A DNA stretch of 64,000 nt. Source: a virus (taxonomy: Duplodnaviria; Caudoviricetes). Both the position numbers and the translations under genes were made by a program. The notes below the pieces were generated by a model that was not told the origin of the DNA, ran no database searches, and saw only the letters and a program-made list of their open reading frames with translations. The stretch is taken from the IMG/VR virus record IMGVR_UViG_3300033068_000989, positions 32,163-96,162 of that record; one strand, 5' to 3'. How positions within the stretch are numbered: the stretch's first letter is position 1; every line of letters starts with the position of its first letter. Positions 27,462-39,800 of this stretch are shown here, piece by piece.

Positions 27462-29138
27462 TTATTTTTTTGTATTTTCAAAATTTAATATGCCTTCATC
27501 AGATAAAAACTTACCAGTTTTTATGATGTCTTGTATACCAGACACTAAATTAATCAGATTAACTCCTCTGTTTTTAGCAAATCTTCTCCAAGTATCTCTA
27601 CTACCTACTGTTACTCCTCTAGAATTATACAATAGACGTCTTCTTGTTCCCACCACTGAATTGGCCCTTCTCATTTGATTATTTTGTAAAAAAGTATTAT
27701 GCTTATCAGCTCTTTTTCTGGCCTCGTCTATTGCATCATTGAACCTAACTTGTGCGGCATCTCTATCTAAAACTAATTTTTCTTTATTTTTAATTAACTC
27801 TTCTTTTAGTGCGGTATTACCAAGTTTTTCAGCTTGCTCTATACTTTTATCTAAAGCGGCATAGGTTTTATTAAAGTTTTTTATATCTTTATATTCTTTA
27901 TCTGCAAGATTTAAGTATTTACCTTCTCCAAAATATGCTCTAGATACCCGTTCTAAAGGCTTGTAACTTTTAAAGACTTCATTATTATTACTATCCACTG
28001 TTCTTTTAACTCGATTAATAGTAGGCAATGCTGCTCCGTATGTAAGTAGTTTTTCTTCTTCTGAAACTGCTCTACTATTTGTATCATTGTTAATAAGATC
28101 GTCAAGTAATAAAACTTGACGCCCTTTTAAAAGTAATTCAGCAGCATTTTCTAAAGTTGTCTCCCTGTTGCCACTTGTTTTTCGATCTAAATTGATTCCT
28201 CCTACACCTGTTGATAGAGCAATACCCCTGCCAGTTTTGTCATTTATTGTATTATCTATATTAGATAGAGTATTAAGTGCCTTTTTAATTGGTTTAGTCG
28301 CAACTTTATTGTAAATATTATTAGCAGCCTTTGTTACTTTAGGCAATATTTTAGGAGCAATTCTACTAGCCTCCCCTAATATTTTACGCACTGGTGCCGC
28401 CCCTAATTCGGGGACAAGTGCCAATGCGCCTGTTCCAGCATTTAGTGCGGCGTTTTTAAAGTTACCTTGTTTAAATTCACTGTCTGCCATTGCTAAGTTA
28501 CCTAACGCATTATTAACCAATATAAATGGATTAACGTAATCTTCTAAATCGTTATCAGCATTTGGAAACATTCTAAATACTTCAGCTCTACCAGAATTAT
28601 ACAACTCCCTATTATCAATTATCCCACGTTTAGATGGTAATGTGAAAGGGGTTGTTAATTCCCCTGATTGTAGTGTTTTATTGTAAAAATTTCTTGTATT
28701 TGCCCTTTCTCCATGTCGTAATATTCCCGCATATCTATTAGATTTAGACATGACTTCTGCTACATAAGGATCTAAATTTTTATACCAGTTTGATAATTCT
28801 TCTACTTTCCCCCAATTTCTAGTTGTACCATAACTTTTTGGTAAATATTGCTCTATTAACTTGTCATTAATAAAAGATTCATAATTTTCTGTTTCTTTCT
28901 CATTCATAGTGGACGCTAATCTGCCTGAAGCTTTAGCAAATGGAATTGATCTGTGTAACCAATTTTGTTGGGGATTTTCTTTTCTAATTTGTTTTAATCT
29001 ATTACTTACTTCTTGACTTATTTTATTACTTATTATCTCTACTTCTGGACCAATTACACCAATAGGAAGATCCACTGGTCCACCAGTAGCATACGACTTT
29101 CTATTGTAATTATTAACAGTTAATTTTTCTTTTTTCAT
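27462..29138 (-). CDS. Putative internal virion protein
   Basis: 558 aa; N-terminal YATGG motif; A/G-rich amphipathic segment. Confidence 0.6.
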   Translation of the reverse strand: MKKEKLTVNNYNRKSYATGGPVDLPIGVIGPEVEIISNKISQEVSNRLKQIRKENPQQNWLHRSIPFAKASGRLASTMNEKETENYESFINDKLIEQYLPKSYGTTRNWGKVEELSNWYKNLDPYVAEVMSKSNRYAGILRHGERANTRNFYNKTLQSGELTTPFTLPSKRGIIDNRELYNSGRAEVFRMFPNADNDLEDYVNPFILVNNALGNLAMADSEFKQGNFKNAALNAGTGALALVPELGAAPVRKILGEASRIAPKILPKVTKAANNIYNKVATKPIKKALNTLSNIDNTINDKTGRGIALSTGVGGINLDRKTSGNRETTLENAAELLLKGRQVLLLDDLINNDTNSRAVSEEEKLLTYGAALPTINRVKRTVDSNNNEVFKSYKPLERVSRAYFGEGKYLNLADKEYKDIKNFNKTYAALDKSIEQAEKLGNTALKEELIKNKEKLVLDRDAAQVRFNDAIDEARKRADKHNTFLQNNQMRRANSVVGTRRRLLYNSRGVTVGSRDTWRRFAKNRGVNLINLVSGIQDIIKTGKFLSDEGILNFENTKK

Positions 29139-29149
29139 ACTACATTAGT

Positions 29150-30838
29150 TTAGTTGTCTTTCTCTTGTTGTGATTGTAAATAGTGTGCCCCTAGTGGTGC
29201 AGAAACCACTGCAGGTAATTTATTAAATAAATCCTTAAGCTTTTGAGGATTTTGTATCATATTGAAAAATACTGAATGTACAGGAGTCTTCCCTTCCTTA
29301 CCCTCTTTTATTAAAGAATCTATCATTTCATCAGTAAGTATATCATCAGGAGTAAGCTTTAAATATTCTCTTAATTCTGCTATTCTTGCGTAGATTTCAG
29401 TAGGATCTTGTAGATATTCTTTATATGAATTAAATTTACCTTTAGCATTTCTAACAGGAATACCAACATTGTCTCCAAAGATACGAATAAGTTCTTCTTG
29501 AATACTCCATACATACCCCTTACTTCGAGGTAAGTATACATTTCCTTCTGTTAATCCATGATTACCTTCATGTATTCCTGTTGATTTAATATTCTTAGTA
29601 TATTTTGATACTAAATTTTGCCTCTTTCCAGCATAATCCATATCTAGAAAATGGCCGCTTATCCCTTCAGTGTCTCTCATTGTTCTTTTAGATCCTTCTC
29701 GCAAATTCTGAAGTTTGGCCTCTTTTGATTGAAATGCGGCTTCAAAATTTTTATTTTGTATTCTTTCTAATACCCGTGTCCACTCATTTTCAGTTATAAG
29801 TGGTATTTCAGGAAAGTTAAAATCTAATTCAGCCTGAGTAAGGTTAGCAATATTATATGGATCTTGCTTTGCCATTCTATTAAGTCCATTTATATAATTA
29901 ATACGTATATTTGAAACATCATTTTCTTCTTTTTCTAATGCTTTTATTCTTCTTATAACTTCAGGATGAGAGTACCAATTTTCCTGCCATTCATTAGCTG
30001 CAGCAAGTTCTTTCTCAGCATATCTTTGATAACTAGGCGATAATTTTTTAGGTAAAGTGGAGAGTTCGTACCCTATGTTCTCTAATCTATTAAATGTTTT
30101 TTGCATACCTATTTTATTAAACACATTTTCTATTGCACGTATTGTTTTTCGAGGAATACGTATAGCATTTTCTACATCTCCATTCCTTATTAAATCACTA
30201 CCTATATTTTCAGTAATACCTAGTGGTTTTATTTTAGAGAAAGTTTGAGCTCCTTTTGTAATAGGTATATTCAACGGGTCAAGTAATATATTCTGACCAG
30301 TCTCTGACCCTAATACAGATGCTGCAGTCTTAGAAATAGGATCCATGGTTGGGGTATTACTTAACTTATTCATAAAATTAGTAAACTTAGAACCTCTCAA
30401 TGCTGCTCCAGGTTCTATTTCTTTACCCCCTGTTAAAGCATATGTTGCTCCAGCTTGCGCTAATTGGAGAGGTGCCATAAGCCCTTGTCCTAATGCCCCA
30501 AAGAAATTGTCTGATGGATTTTCAGCATTATGCTTACCCCATCTAGTTAAAAAGTTTTTAACAGAGAATGGCCTCTTACCTACTATAGTTGTTTCTGGTC
30601 CCATTACTCCTTCTACAGGATTTTCTACAGGATCTTCCCCACCATCATATACTCCTCCACTCATAGCATAATCACTTGCTTTAGGTAGTTTCATAGCTAT
30701 AGCGTCAATAGATCTATGATCTCCTTTAGCTAAATATCCTAGTGCTTCTCTTCTTTTATTACGTGGAATTATTACTACATCACCATGTGTATTACGTATT
30801 ACTAACTCGCCGCCTTGTGCTTCTACTTTAGTACTCAT
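29150..30838 (-). CDS. Putative virion protein with zincin-like metallopeptidase motif
   Basis: IHEGNH (HExxH) and downstream YL.DPTEIYAR. Confidence 0.6.
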   Translation of the reverse strand: MSTKVEAQGGELVIRNTHGDVVIIPRNKRREALGYLAKGDHRSIDAIAMKLPKASDYAMSGGVYDGGEDPVENPVEGVMGPETTIVGKRPFSVKNFLTRWGKHNAENPSDNFFGALGQGLMAPLQLAQAGATYALTGGKEIEPGAALRGSKFTNFMNKLSNTPTMDPISKTAASVLGSETGQNILLDPLNIPITKGAQTFSKIKPLGITENIGSDLIRNGDVENAIRIPRKTIRAIENVFNKIGMQKTFNRLENIGYELSTLPKKLSPSYQRYAEKELAAANEWQENWYSHPEVIRRIKALEKEENDVSNIRINYINGLNRMAKQDPYNIANLTQAELDFNFPEIPLITENEWTRVLERIQNKNFEAAFQSKEAKLQNLREGSKRTMRDTEGISGHFLDMDYAGKRQNLVSKYTKNIKSTGIHEGNHGLTEGNVYLPRSKGYVWSIQEELIRIFGDNVGIPVRNAKGKFNSYKEYLQDPTEIYARIAELREYLKLTPDDILTDEMIDSLIKEGKEGKTPVHSVFFNMIQNPQKLKDLFNKLPAVVSAPLGAHYLQSQQEKDN

Positions 30839-30839
30839 A

Positions 30840-33800
30840 TTATTTTACATGTTTTTTATCCTTATTATTTACTATTCTTTTTATATTTGTGTCGAAATCA
30901 TATTTATTATCTATTAATATTGGTATGCCTATAGTGGTAAGTTTAGCGGCATTTTGTAATACTTTTTTATCTTTATATAATGAACTAAACTTGTCACCAT
31001 AGACGCCATTTTTGTTGAAAGATTTTAAGCTATTACCTAATATTAATACTTTATTAGCGTAATCAATACTTTTATTTTGTATATCTTTCTTACTATTAGC
31101 TTTTTCTGGAGAATTATACGAAACAATTGCTCTATATAAAGCATCCCCGTCAGATTTTTCAGTGGCTTTATAATTGCTGTATTTTCTTGCAAGAATCGCT
31201 AATGTAAACATATATGCATTCTCTTCATTAGTTCGATCGTCTAAATCAAATTCCTTTGATATTTCATCTATTCTTTTATTACTAAAGTTTTCTAACATCT
31301 TAATTCTACTATAACCGGTAGATGCGTATGGAGAAACTTTTTCACTGCTACCAGTTAAAGTTTGCAAACCTCTTTTAACTCGTCTAGCTATTGATGCGCC
31401 TATTTCATATGTATTCCTAACGACGTCACTCACTGTGTCAGGTAACTTGTCTCCCATAGAAAAACTGCTACCCACTTTAGATTCTTTAGACATTATTCCA
31501 ATAGCTGCTTTAGATAAAGAGCTCAACTCTTCTGCATTTAGTTTATAGAAATTTTGTATTTTTTTAGAATTTGCATTTATAAATTCTGTCATATTAACTA
31601 CTCTTTCATAACCTTTTTTACCGATGTATCGTGTTATAGAAGGATCAGCCTCAAATTTTTCTACCTCTTGGTAATTAGTAGGAATCTTGTCATAATTAGG
31701 CCTAGTTATTCTATTTATTTTATGAAAAATTCTTTTATTATACGCATTTTGTACTTTCCCATCACTATTAAATCTTATTGTATATGCTACACCTTGCCAT
31801 TTACCATCTTCTTTTTTTTGATGTGTATTATCATTTACATCAAATGAACCATCAGCATATACTTTTCTAACATACCCAACATGTGAATTACCATCCCCTT
31901 TTATGTCAGCTTCTGCTTGATATGGGGAAGTACCACCAGTAAATATAGATACTATATCCCCAGGTTTTACTCCTTTTATTTTACCTTTATCAGTCATTCT
32001 ATTGTATACAGAATTACCTCCTTTACGTATTACATTATCTGCCATATTCCAAGCATCTCCATATACACCTAATGTACTAAAAAATTTATCTACACCCATC
32101 TTAGTACTTATACTTTTATATATATCATCTCTTACAAACTTCGCACACTGATCTGATTCACATTTTATACCTTTATCAGAATAAAGAGGTAACTCTAATA
32201 AAGTTGTAATAGTAGATTGCGCTACGTTGTTTACTCCTTTACTTAATTCTTTATAAATATTTTTATAGTTTTCCCCCACTATCTTGTTAGTTATTTTTCT
32301 ATTTACTGAATCACTTGAACTATTTGAAAAAGGATTAAATTTATCTATATATCTAGACAAAGCAGCCATAGTACCTATATCCTCATAGTTTTTAAATTTA
32401 TCTATATATTTTTTAGTTTCTTCAATTTGTGCAATTTTCCTTTCTTCTATTGATGGAGGACGTGTTACAAACTCTTTACTATTTACATAGTAGTCCATCC
32501 AATTTCTAGAATATTCGGTATTATTAACCACTTTAGATTTCTTATCACCTTTAGGCTCCATAGGTTTTTTAATATTTTTTAACCTTGTAAATTCTTTTTC
32601 TTCTGGAGTATCATTAAACCCAAAAATAGCTTTTTCTAATTTTCTAAGTAATGAAGGTTCTTTTGCTTGAATAGTTAATCCATCAGCAGCATGATATTTA
32701 GTTTTACCATCAGAGAACATTACCCTACCGTTATCGATAGATAGGTCAATACCTCCTTGAGTATGTGAAGGACCCTTAAGATCTTTAACTATTTCCCATT
32801 GCGAACCTGGCGTAAATCCTAATGTTAATCCTGACTCAGCAGTTAGACCTCCAGAACTTTTACAATTTTTCTCTATTTCTTCAGCATGTTTTGATAATTC
32901 TTTATCTAATAATGCTTTTGCTAATAATACAGGATCATTATCCATAATTGCTGCTTTGAACAATTGTTCAGCTGTAGTTTCTTGTACTTTAATATTAGAT
33001 TTTCTTCCTCCTAATGTAAATCTATTGACATTAGAGTCTTTTAATCTAGCTTCTGCCTCTTCTGGAGTATCGTCTTTTGTTAATTTACTTTGTATTTTGT
33101 CTAATAATTGGTCTATATTTTTACTTTTTGTAACAGCCTGGTAATTTAATTCTTCATATAACGATTTACTAAAATATATGTTACTAGGTATAGATCTATT
33201 GGTAGATAGAATAATTTTAGAAAGTTGTTTAATATTTAAATGTGATGGGTCATTAGAATTATTAAATGTAAATATAAATTTAAGTTCTGGGGACTGTTCT
33301 GCGGCGTCTATTAATAAATTTATAGACTTCTTAACATTTTCTTCAAGTTGATTATACTCATAATATTTTCCATCAATATCATATACATCATTAAAAACTA
33401 ATCCAAATCCATATCCCTTAGTTCCCATTACTACCTTATTAACTTGCTTAGTTGCGCCGAAGTTACCAATTACAGATTTAGAAATATCTTTAGTCTTAAA
33501 TACTTCTTTAGCATTCCCAAATGCTTTTTTAACTTGTGCGGATATCGGAAGATTTAACGTATTTGTGACATAGACAAATACTCTATCCCCACCTAATGCG
33601 TTTAAATTAGGAAAATAATCAGAACCCGTTGAAGAGTACTGGTAAATAGATCTTATTTTATTTCTATTTATTTTATTAATTACATCTTGAGTTGGCATAT
33701 CTTCGTAAGTATCAGTAACTTCGTTATATACTTTATACCCTATATCATTTTCAATAACCGTATATTGTATAAAATCATCCTCTTCAAATGTTTCATAATT

Positions 33801-36800
33801 ATCTATTTGTAACAAAGATATTCTATGTCTTGCCATATCGTCAAAATACGTACCATATATTTTATCAGTAGGTAAATACTTTCTAGTATGCATATTTTTA
33901 TTATAAGTAATAGTAAACGTATTTTGTACGAGATTATTATCTTCGTCTAATACCTCTTTACTATGTATGTCATATTCTATACTAGGTATAAATTTAATTG
34001 TAGGCAGGTCCGTTCTAAAATGATCAGAAAAATTATAAGGCTTTTTAGTCAAAACAATTTTACCAGGATTTACCTTATGGTAAAAAGATACAGTAGTTAC
34101 TTTATCTCCTACTTCTATCTCATCTTGGTGTACTAATACAAGCATTTTATGATTTTTTACATCCTTTCCTAGTTTTATTATCGGTAAAGAATTTGGTTTG
34201 TTAGAAATTATAATATAATCATAATATGGTAAACTATTTTCAGCCTCTGCTCCATATAGATTTATTAACATATCATCTAATTTAGTTTTTCCTGCGTCAC
34301 TAAAATTATGTGCTATTATAGAATCTTTCTGCAAAATTTTTGAAAGTGTAGGAACACTTTCAGGAAATTTTTCAGCAACTCCCAACATGTATATCTTCCT
34401 TAAACCACTTGAATTAGCATTATTTTTTATCCAAGTATCATATGTTTTATTCAGATTACCAGTATATCTAGATAATATTTCAGGTGCTATAGCATTTACA
34501 TAGTTGTTAGAAGCAATTCTTAATCCAGTATGTATTATTGCATAAGTAATTAAATCCTTTTGTAAAGATGATTCTCTTCTTGTTGGGTCATAAACTACTT
34601 CATACCTAATAAATTCCCCGTCATCATCGTTAATAGGAATAAAATCGTAATAAGATAAGTCTGTGAATGCTTTATGATAGTCAGATATTTCAAATGAATA
34701 TAGGGAAATAGAATCGACTGTATTTATTGTCGCTCCAATTCCAGATTTAGTTACTAAATGTGCGATAAAGATATTTCTAAGAAAATCCGAATTTCTTTTT
34801 ATTTCTCTATCCTCATATCTCAGCACGGCATTTATTTTATCTATTACATCATTAACAAAAGAGTCTATACCATGTAAACTTCTCGTTTTAACCGCACCTT
34901 TTTTAATCGTTACTGACTGTCTGATATCAGTAAACATAATACTACTTACTTCTGAAGACATGAGAATATCTGATAGTAACCATGCCCCATACACACTAGC
35001 TGTACCTTCGTCCAATAAAATATTGGATGAAGTAGGCGTAATATAATTAACTATCTTCATGGATTTTTCAGAAAATATAGAGAAATTAGTTTTGATGTTA
35101 TATAAGTGATTCAATGTTTGTATGAGTGCAACAGCAATGTGTGGATTTGTGTCTAATATATTAAATATATCAAGTTGTATACCTGCGGCAAATATCAAAT
35201 CATGTTGATTATCGAAACTATTTTTCTTTAACTGTTCTAGCCCCTTTCTTATGTACTTAGAATATTCCTCAACTGATAAATTATTTGGCATATCTGCAAA
35301 CTTAGTATATAAGGCATCTAAAAACTTAGACTTAAATATTTGTTTAATCTTAGTCTCCCAGTTAAATAATTGCTGTGGACTAGTAGGTTTATCTTGTGGC
35401 AGACTAACTAATGGTATTAGCTTCCGTTTTTGTTGGGCAATATTGTAGATCTTGTGTAACATAAATAAAGCTTTCATTAATTCCATATTATTTCCGTTAT
35501 CTACTAACGATAAAAAGTCTACTTTATTTTCATTACGTAAGTTTTGTATATAAATTTCAAACATTGAATCAGTTATTGACATATCTCCAGGTTCCTCACC
35601 GTTTTTGGCATCTTTTAATTGTTTGAATTTAGCATCAACTTCCGTATCTTCGTCTACTTGTGATGAATCATCTTGTGTTATTTCACTATTTGATTGCTCC
35701 TCATAGTCACTTATATCTTCGTCTTGCACATCAGAATTATTATGGTCTTTAATTATTTCCATTAACTCTGTATTATTAGATTTAGCAGCTTTTAGTATTT
35801 CGTCTGTTGTTATACTTAAATCAGTATACGCATATGTGTAGGCTTTAGATCCATCTAAATTTGTTCCACTTTCCACCACAACCTCTTCTACTAATTTCAT
35901 TAAATGTGTTATAGTCCTATTTTTAAATGCTTCTTTTATTAATGGTATATTCATTAGTAATAATATATCTTCAAATGATACGTTATTTAAAGATAAACCA
36001 ACATCAATTAAGTTAGCATTTGCACCACTAAATCCTATTTCAAAAATTTCTGGGTTTTTAAGCGCGTCTAGGAAAGCGTTGAGTAGTTTATTATTAATCA
36101 TGTAAGATAGTGTGTCTTGCCCAAATGCTAAAACTTGTGTACCAAACCTAGATACCTCTTTATTATTTAAAGAGAATTCAAAATGTTTTGGTAAATATGG
36201 ATACATATTTTGTTTAGATGCCTTAGATAAATAAGCTAATACACCACTACCTTTAGCATAAATACTAATAGCATCAGCAGCTTCTTTTACATTAGAATAC
36301 TGCTGTATATTATCTTCTGGAAAAGATAAATCTTTGGTATTATGTTTTATGACTATTCCATTATCTTGTAAATATTGTAAAGCTGTAGCGATGATCTTAG
36401 TAGTAGTCACATCCAATATTCTATGATTGTTTGAAGGATCTAAATATGCTAGCATTATTGTTTTTACAAGCCTATTTTTTAACGCCGCTACTCTAGCCTC
36501 TTGTATAATTTTCTTATCTTTTCTTACTTCTTTTATTCGTTTATTTAATGCCCCAATTTCATTTTCATATTTGTTTTTACTTGCTACACTTTTTGCATTC
36601 TTTTTTCTTTCTTTATTAACTTTAAGTATATCTTTAAACTTTGTAATTTGTGTAGTTAACTTTGCTAATTCGTCTAAAGCAGCTTTTTCAAAATTTTCAA
36701 ACTGTGTATTATCTTTAAGATCGTATTCACTTTTTCCATTGATAATATGCGTAAACCCTACCAAAGAATCTGCGTTAAATGAAAATGTAGAGCCCGCTAA

Positions 36801-39800
36801 CTTTGATTTATATCCTACCTCATGTTCCTCGAATGATAATAAAAATAACGAGTCGACGTCAAAGTCCCAACCTTGTTTCATTATTTCAAGATCTGGAAGT
36901 ATGATTATATTACTATCTCCTTCTGTAGAATAAAAGTCTACTACTTTTATCAATAATCCAGCATTTAAATCACCAGATGGAATTCTAAATCCAAACATAT
37001 CAGGAGTTAAAAATAAAGGCTTACCATCCTTCAATGCTTTCTTTTGTGAATTTGTTAAAAAATATGCAGGAACAGCCGCCTCTGCATATGGAGTGCCGTC
37101 TTTAGTTTTGCCAATTCGCAGCTTATCCATGATTATGTTAATCTTACCATTACTGCCTTTAACTTTCTTCCTTACACTGTAACCAATGTCTGACTTTAAC
37201 GTAAGTTTACCTCCCCTTACTCTGATCCTAGAAGCATTCTTATTTAATTTGGATCCTAACATAGTAATTATCTTACTTAAAATAAGTGGGTGATCCACAG
37301 AAAGTCCTGCTTCTATAGCATTCCTTACAGCAAAATCATCGTTAGCCCCTGTATTACTACTGATAGCCATTTTCTTTATGTCTTTTTTACTTACTTGTCC
37401 CTTTTTGAAAATACTACTATATAATATATTTTGTAGTGCTGCTAAAGTATTATAAGCCTCTACTGCATGTTCTGTATTTTCTACAGTAGACATAAAATGA
37501 AGTAATTGCCTAGGTACTGCTGTAGTAATGTCTGAAGAGTGTGGGTTAAACTGAATTTTAAATAAAGACATATCTATAGGAATTACATTAGAATCTGTAT
37601 CTATAGAGATATTACTTAAAACATTACCAGCTTCGTCAAATAGGTTTTCACCACTAGGTGTTAATACTTTATTAGCTGAATTAAATACTAACATATCAAT
37701 TGGCTTACCATTATATTCCATCTCATCTAACATTTTTCGAAGCTTAGCTAATTGTTCTCTACTTTTTGCAGATCTGGATTCAGCATTAATAAAGTTATCG
37801 TCTAATACAATAATTGCATTCTTTAAACCTACCGGAAATGTTTTTACATCTAATAATTTTATAGTTAATTTTGGCTTTTTGTTATCATTACTTTCAGAGT
37901 ATTCTTTTATAAAATGAACTCCTTCAAAAAACTTATTTTTAGCCAATGATTTTTTGTGTTTTATCTGCCATGCCTCTAAAGCTTCTTTTATAGTTGGATA
38001 CGTATTGTCATTGTCAGGTGTACGTATTTCTGACCATCCAAAAGCTTGATCTTTAATAGCCGCTCTTAGATTAAGGCCAGTTCCAAATCCTTTTTGTAAT
38101 TTATAAAAAAACTTAGGCGTAATAAATACTGTTCCATCTGTTCTCTCTATATTAGAAAACTCTCCATTATTTTTTGTTATTTGATTTAAAATATTATTCA
38201 GGTCGTTGTGGTCTATATCAAACTGCTGTAACATACTAGCATAATCACTTCCTGGAGTAATTACATCTTTAGCCATTAACATATTAGCAAATTTAGGTGT
38301 ACCGTATCTATCATCAATTAAGGACAGATAACCTGGTGAAACAGATAGTTGAGATCTCTTGCCTATATTTTCAACAGATCCATACATATTAAAATCACCA
38401 TATGCTAGTTGAGAAAGTCCATAACTATTTACATAGTTATTTGCTAAATACGATAAAACCATGAAATTAAATACATCATTGCTAGGATAAGCTGCTTTAG
38501 TAAATTCTTCTGTATGTGCTTTAAAGTTTTTTAAATCTTCTGGTAAAACGGTTTCATCAATTAGAGATTTAAACATTCCTCTAATTACTGTATTTTTTAT
38601 TGATGTGGAGCTAAATGTACTTCTTATTAATCCATATGCTTTGCTAAATTCATCAGATAATGGTAATCCTGTGTTCTCATAATTTGTCACTAGATTTTTT
38701 GCTTTATCATATAACTGTTTTATCATATCAGCAATTAGAATATTTCTATATTCTTCATTAGAATATTTTTTTATTCCTTTATATTTTTGTGCAGCCTCCG
38801 ACTTTTCTGCGTTATTTAACAAAGAAAAATTTAATCTCTCTTTTTTATTATAAGAAGGATGATTCCGATGTCGTTCTTCTACATAATCTAATTGTTCTAT
38901 CATAGAATGAAATGCTTGAATTATTCCATCTATTCCTAAATAAGATACCTGAGGTATCTCAGATTTAGTAGATAATCCTTGTTGGTATAAAGGTTGGTAG
39001 TACGACTTTTTATATTCGGCATCAAATTTCCCCCTACCTATTTGCGCAAAAAAGAAATCATTCATCAATAATTGCAATCTGCGTGTGTCAGAAATTCTTT
39101 CTGCACTTGTTATATATTTACCAGATCTTCTTAATAAGAATCGAGTGGTACCATTAAAAATGGTACTAATATTATTTATAAATATATTCTTAGTAAAAAA
39201 TTCGCCATTTAAATATTTAGATACTTCTCCTTTCTTTAATCTATTGTAGTCTTTTACTATCTCTCTAAATGAAAATGTAGGGATATATTCTAGCAATGTT
39301 TTATTGTCTGCACTTCTTACAGTTTTTACTACTTTTATTACACTATTCTTTTTAGCTAAATCTGCTACTCTATCCCCTAATATTTTTATAGCCTTATTTG
39401 ATAGAAAAATATTTTTAAACTCGGTATATGTTTCAATATCGATGTTACGACCTTTGCCAATGAGTCTGGGCAATTCAGATTTTGCATCAATTAACTCTTT
39501 ATAAACTGACGACATCGCTGTCATAATATTATTCAACAAATTACTATATTCTTTTTCTTCTTTAATGGCTTCTTTAAAATTCGTTAGATAATCTAACCCA
39601 AATAATCGTAAAAAATTGTTAACAATTTTTTCTGCTTCATCAGCTTTATGTCTTAATATTCCACTAAATACTGCACTCATGTGCTTATTACTAGTTATAA
39701 ATATTTCTGTACCATTGTAATTCACAGGAGATGTTCCTATAAGCATGTCAAAAAGTTCGTCTAATAATCTCACTTTAGTACCAAGAGACACGCCTAATGA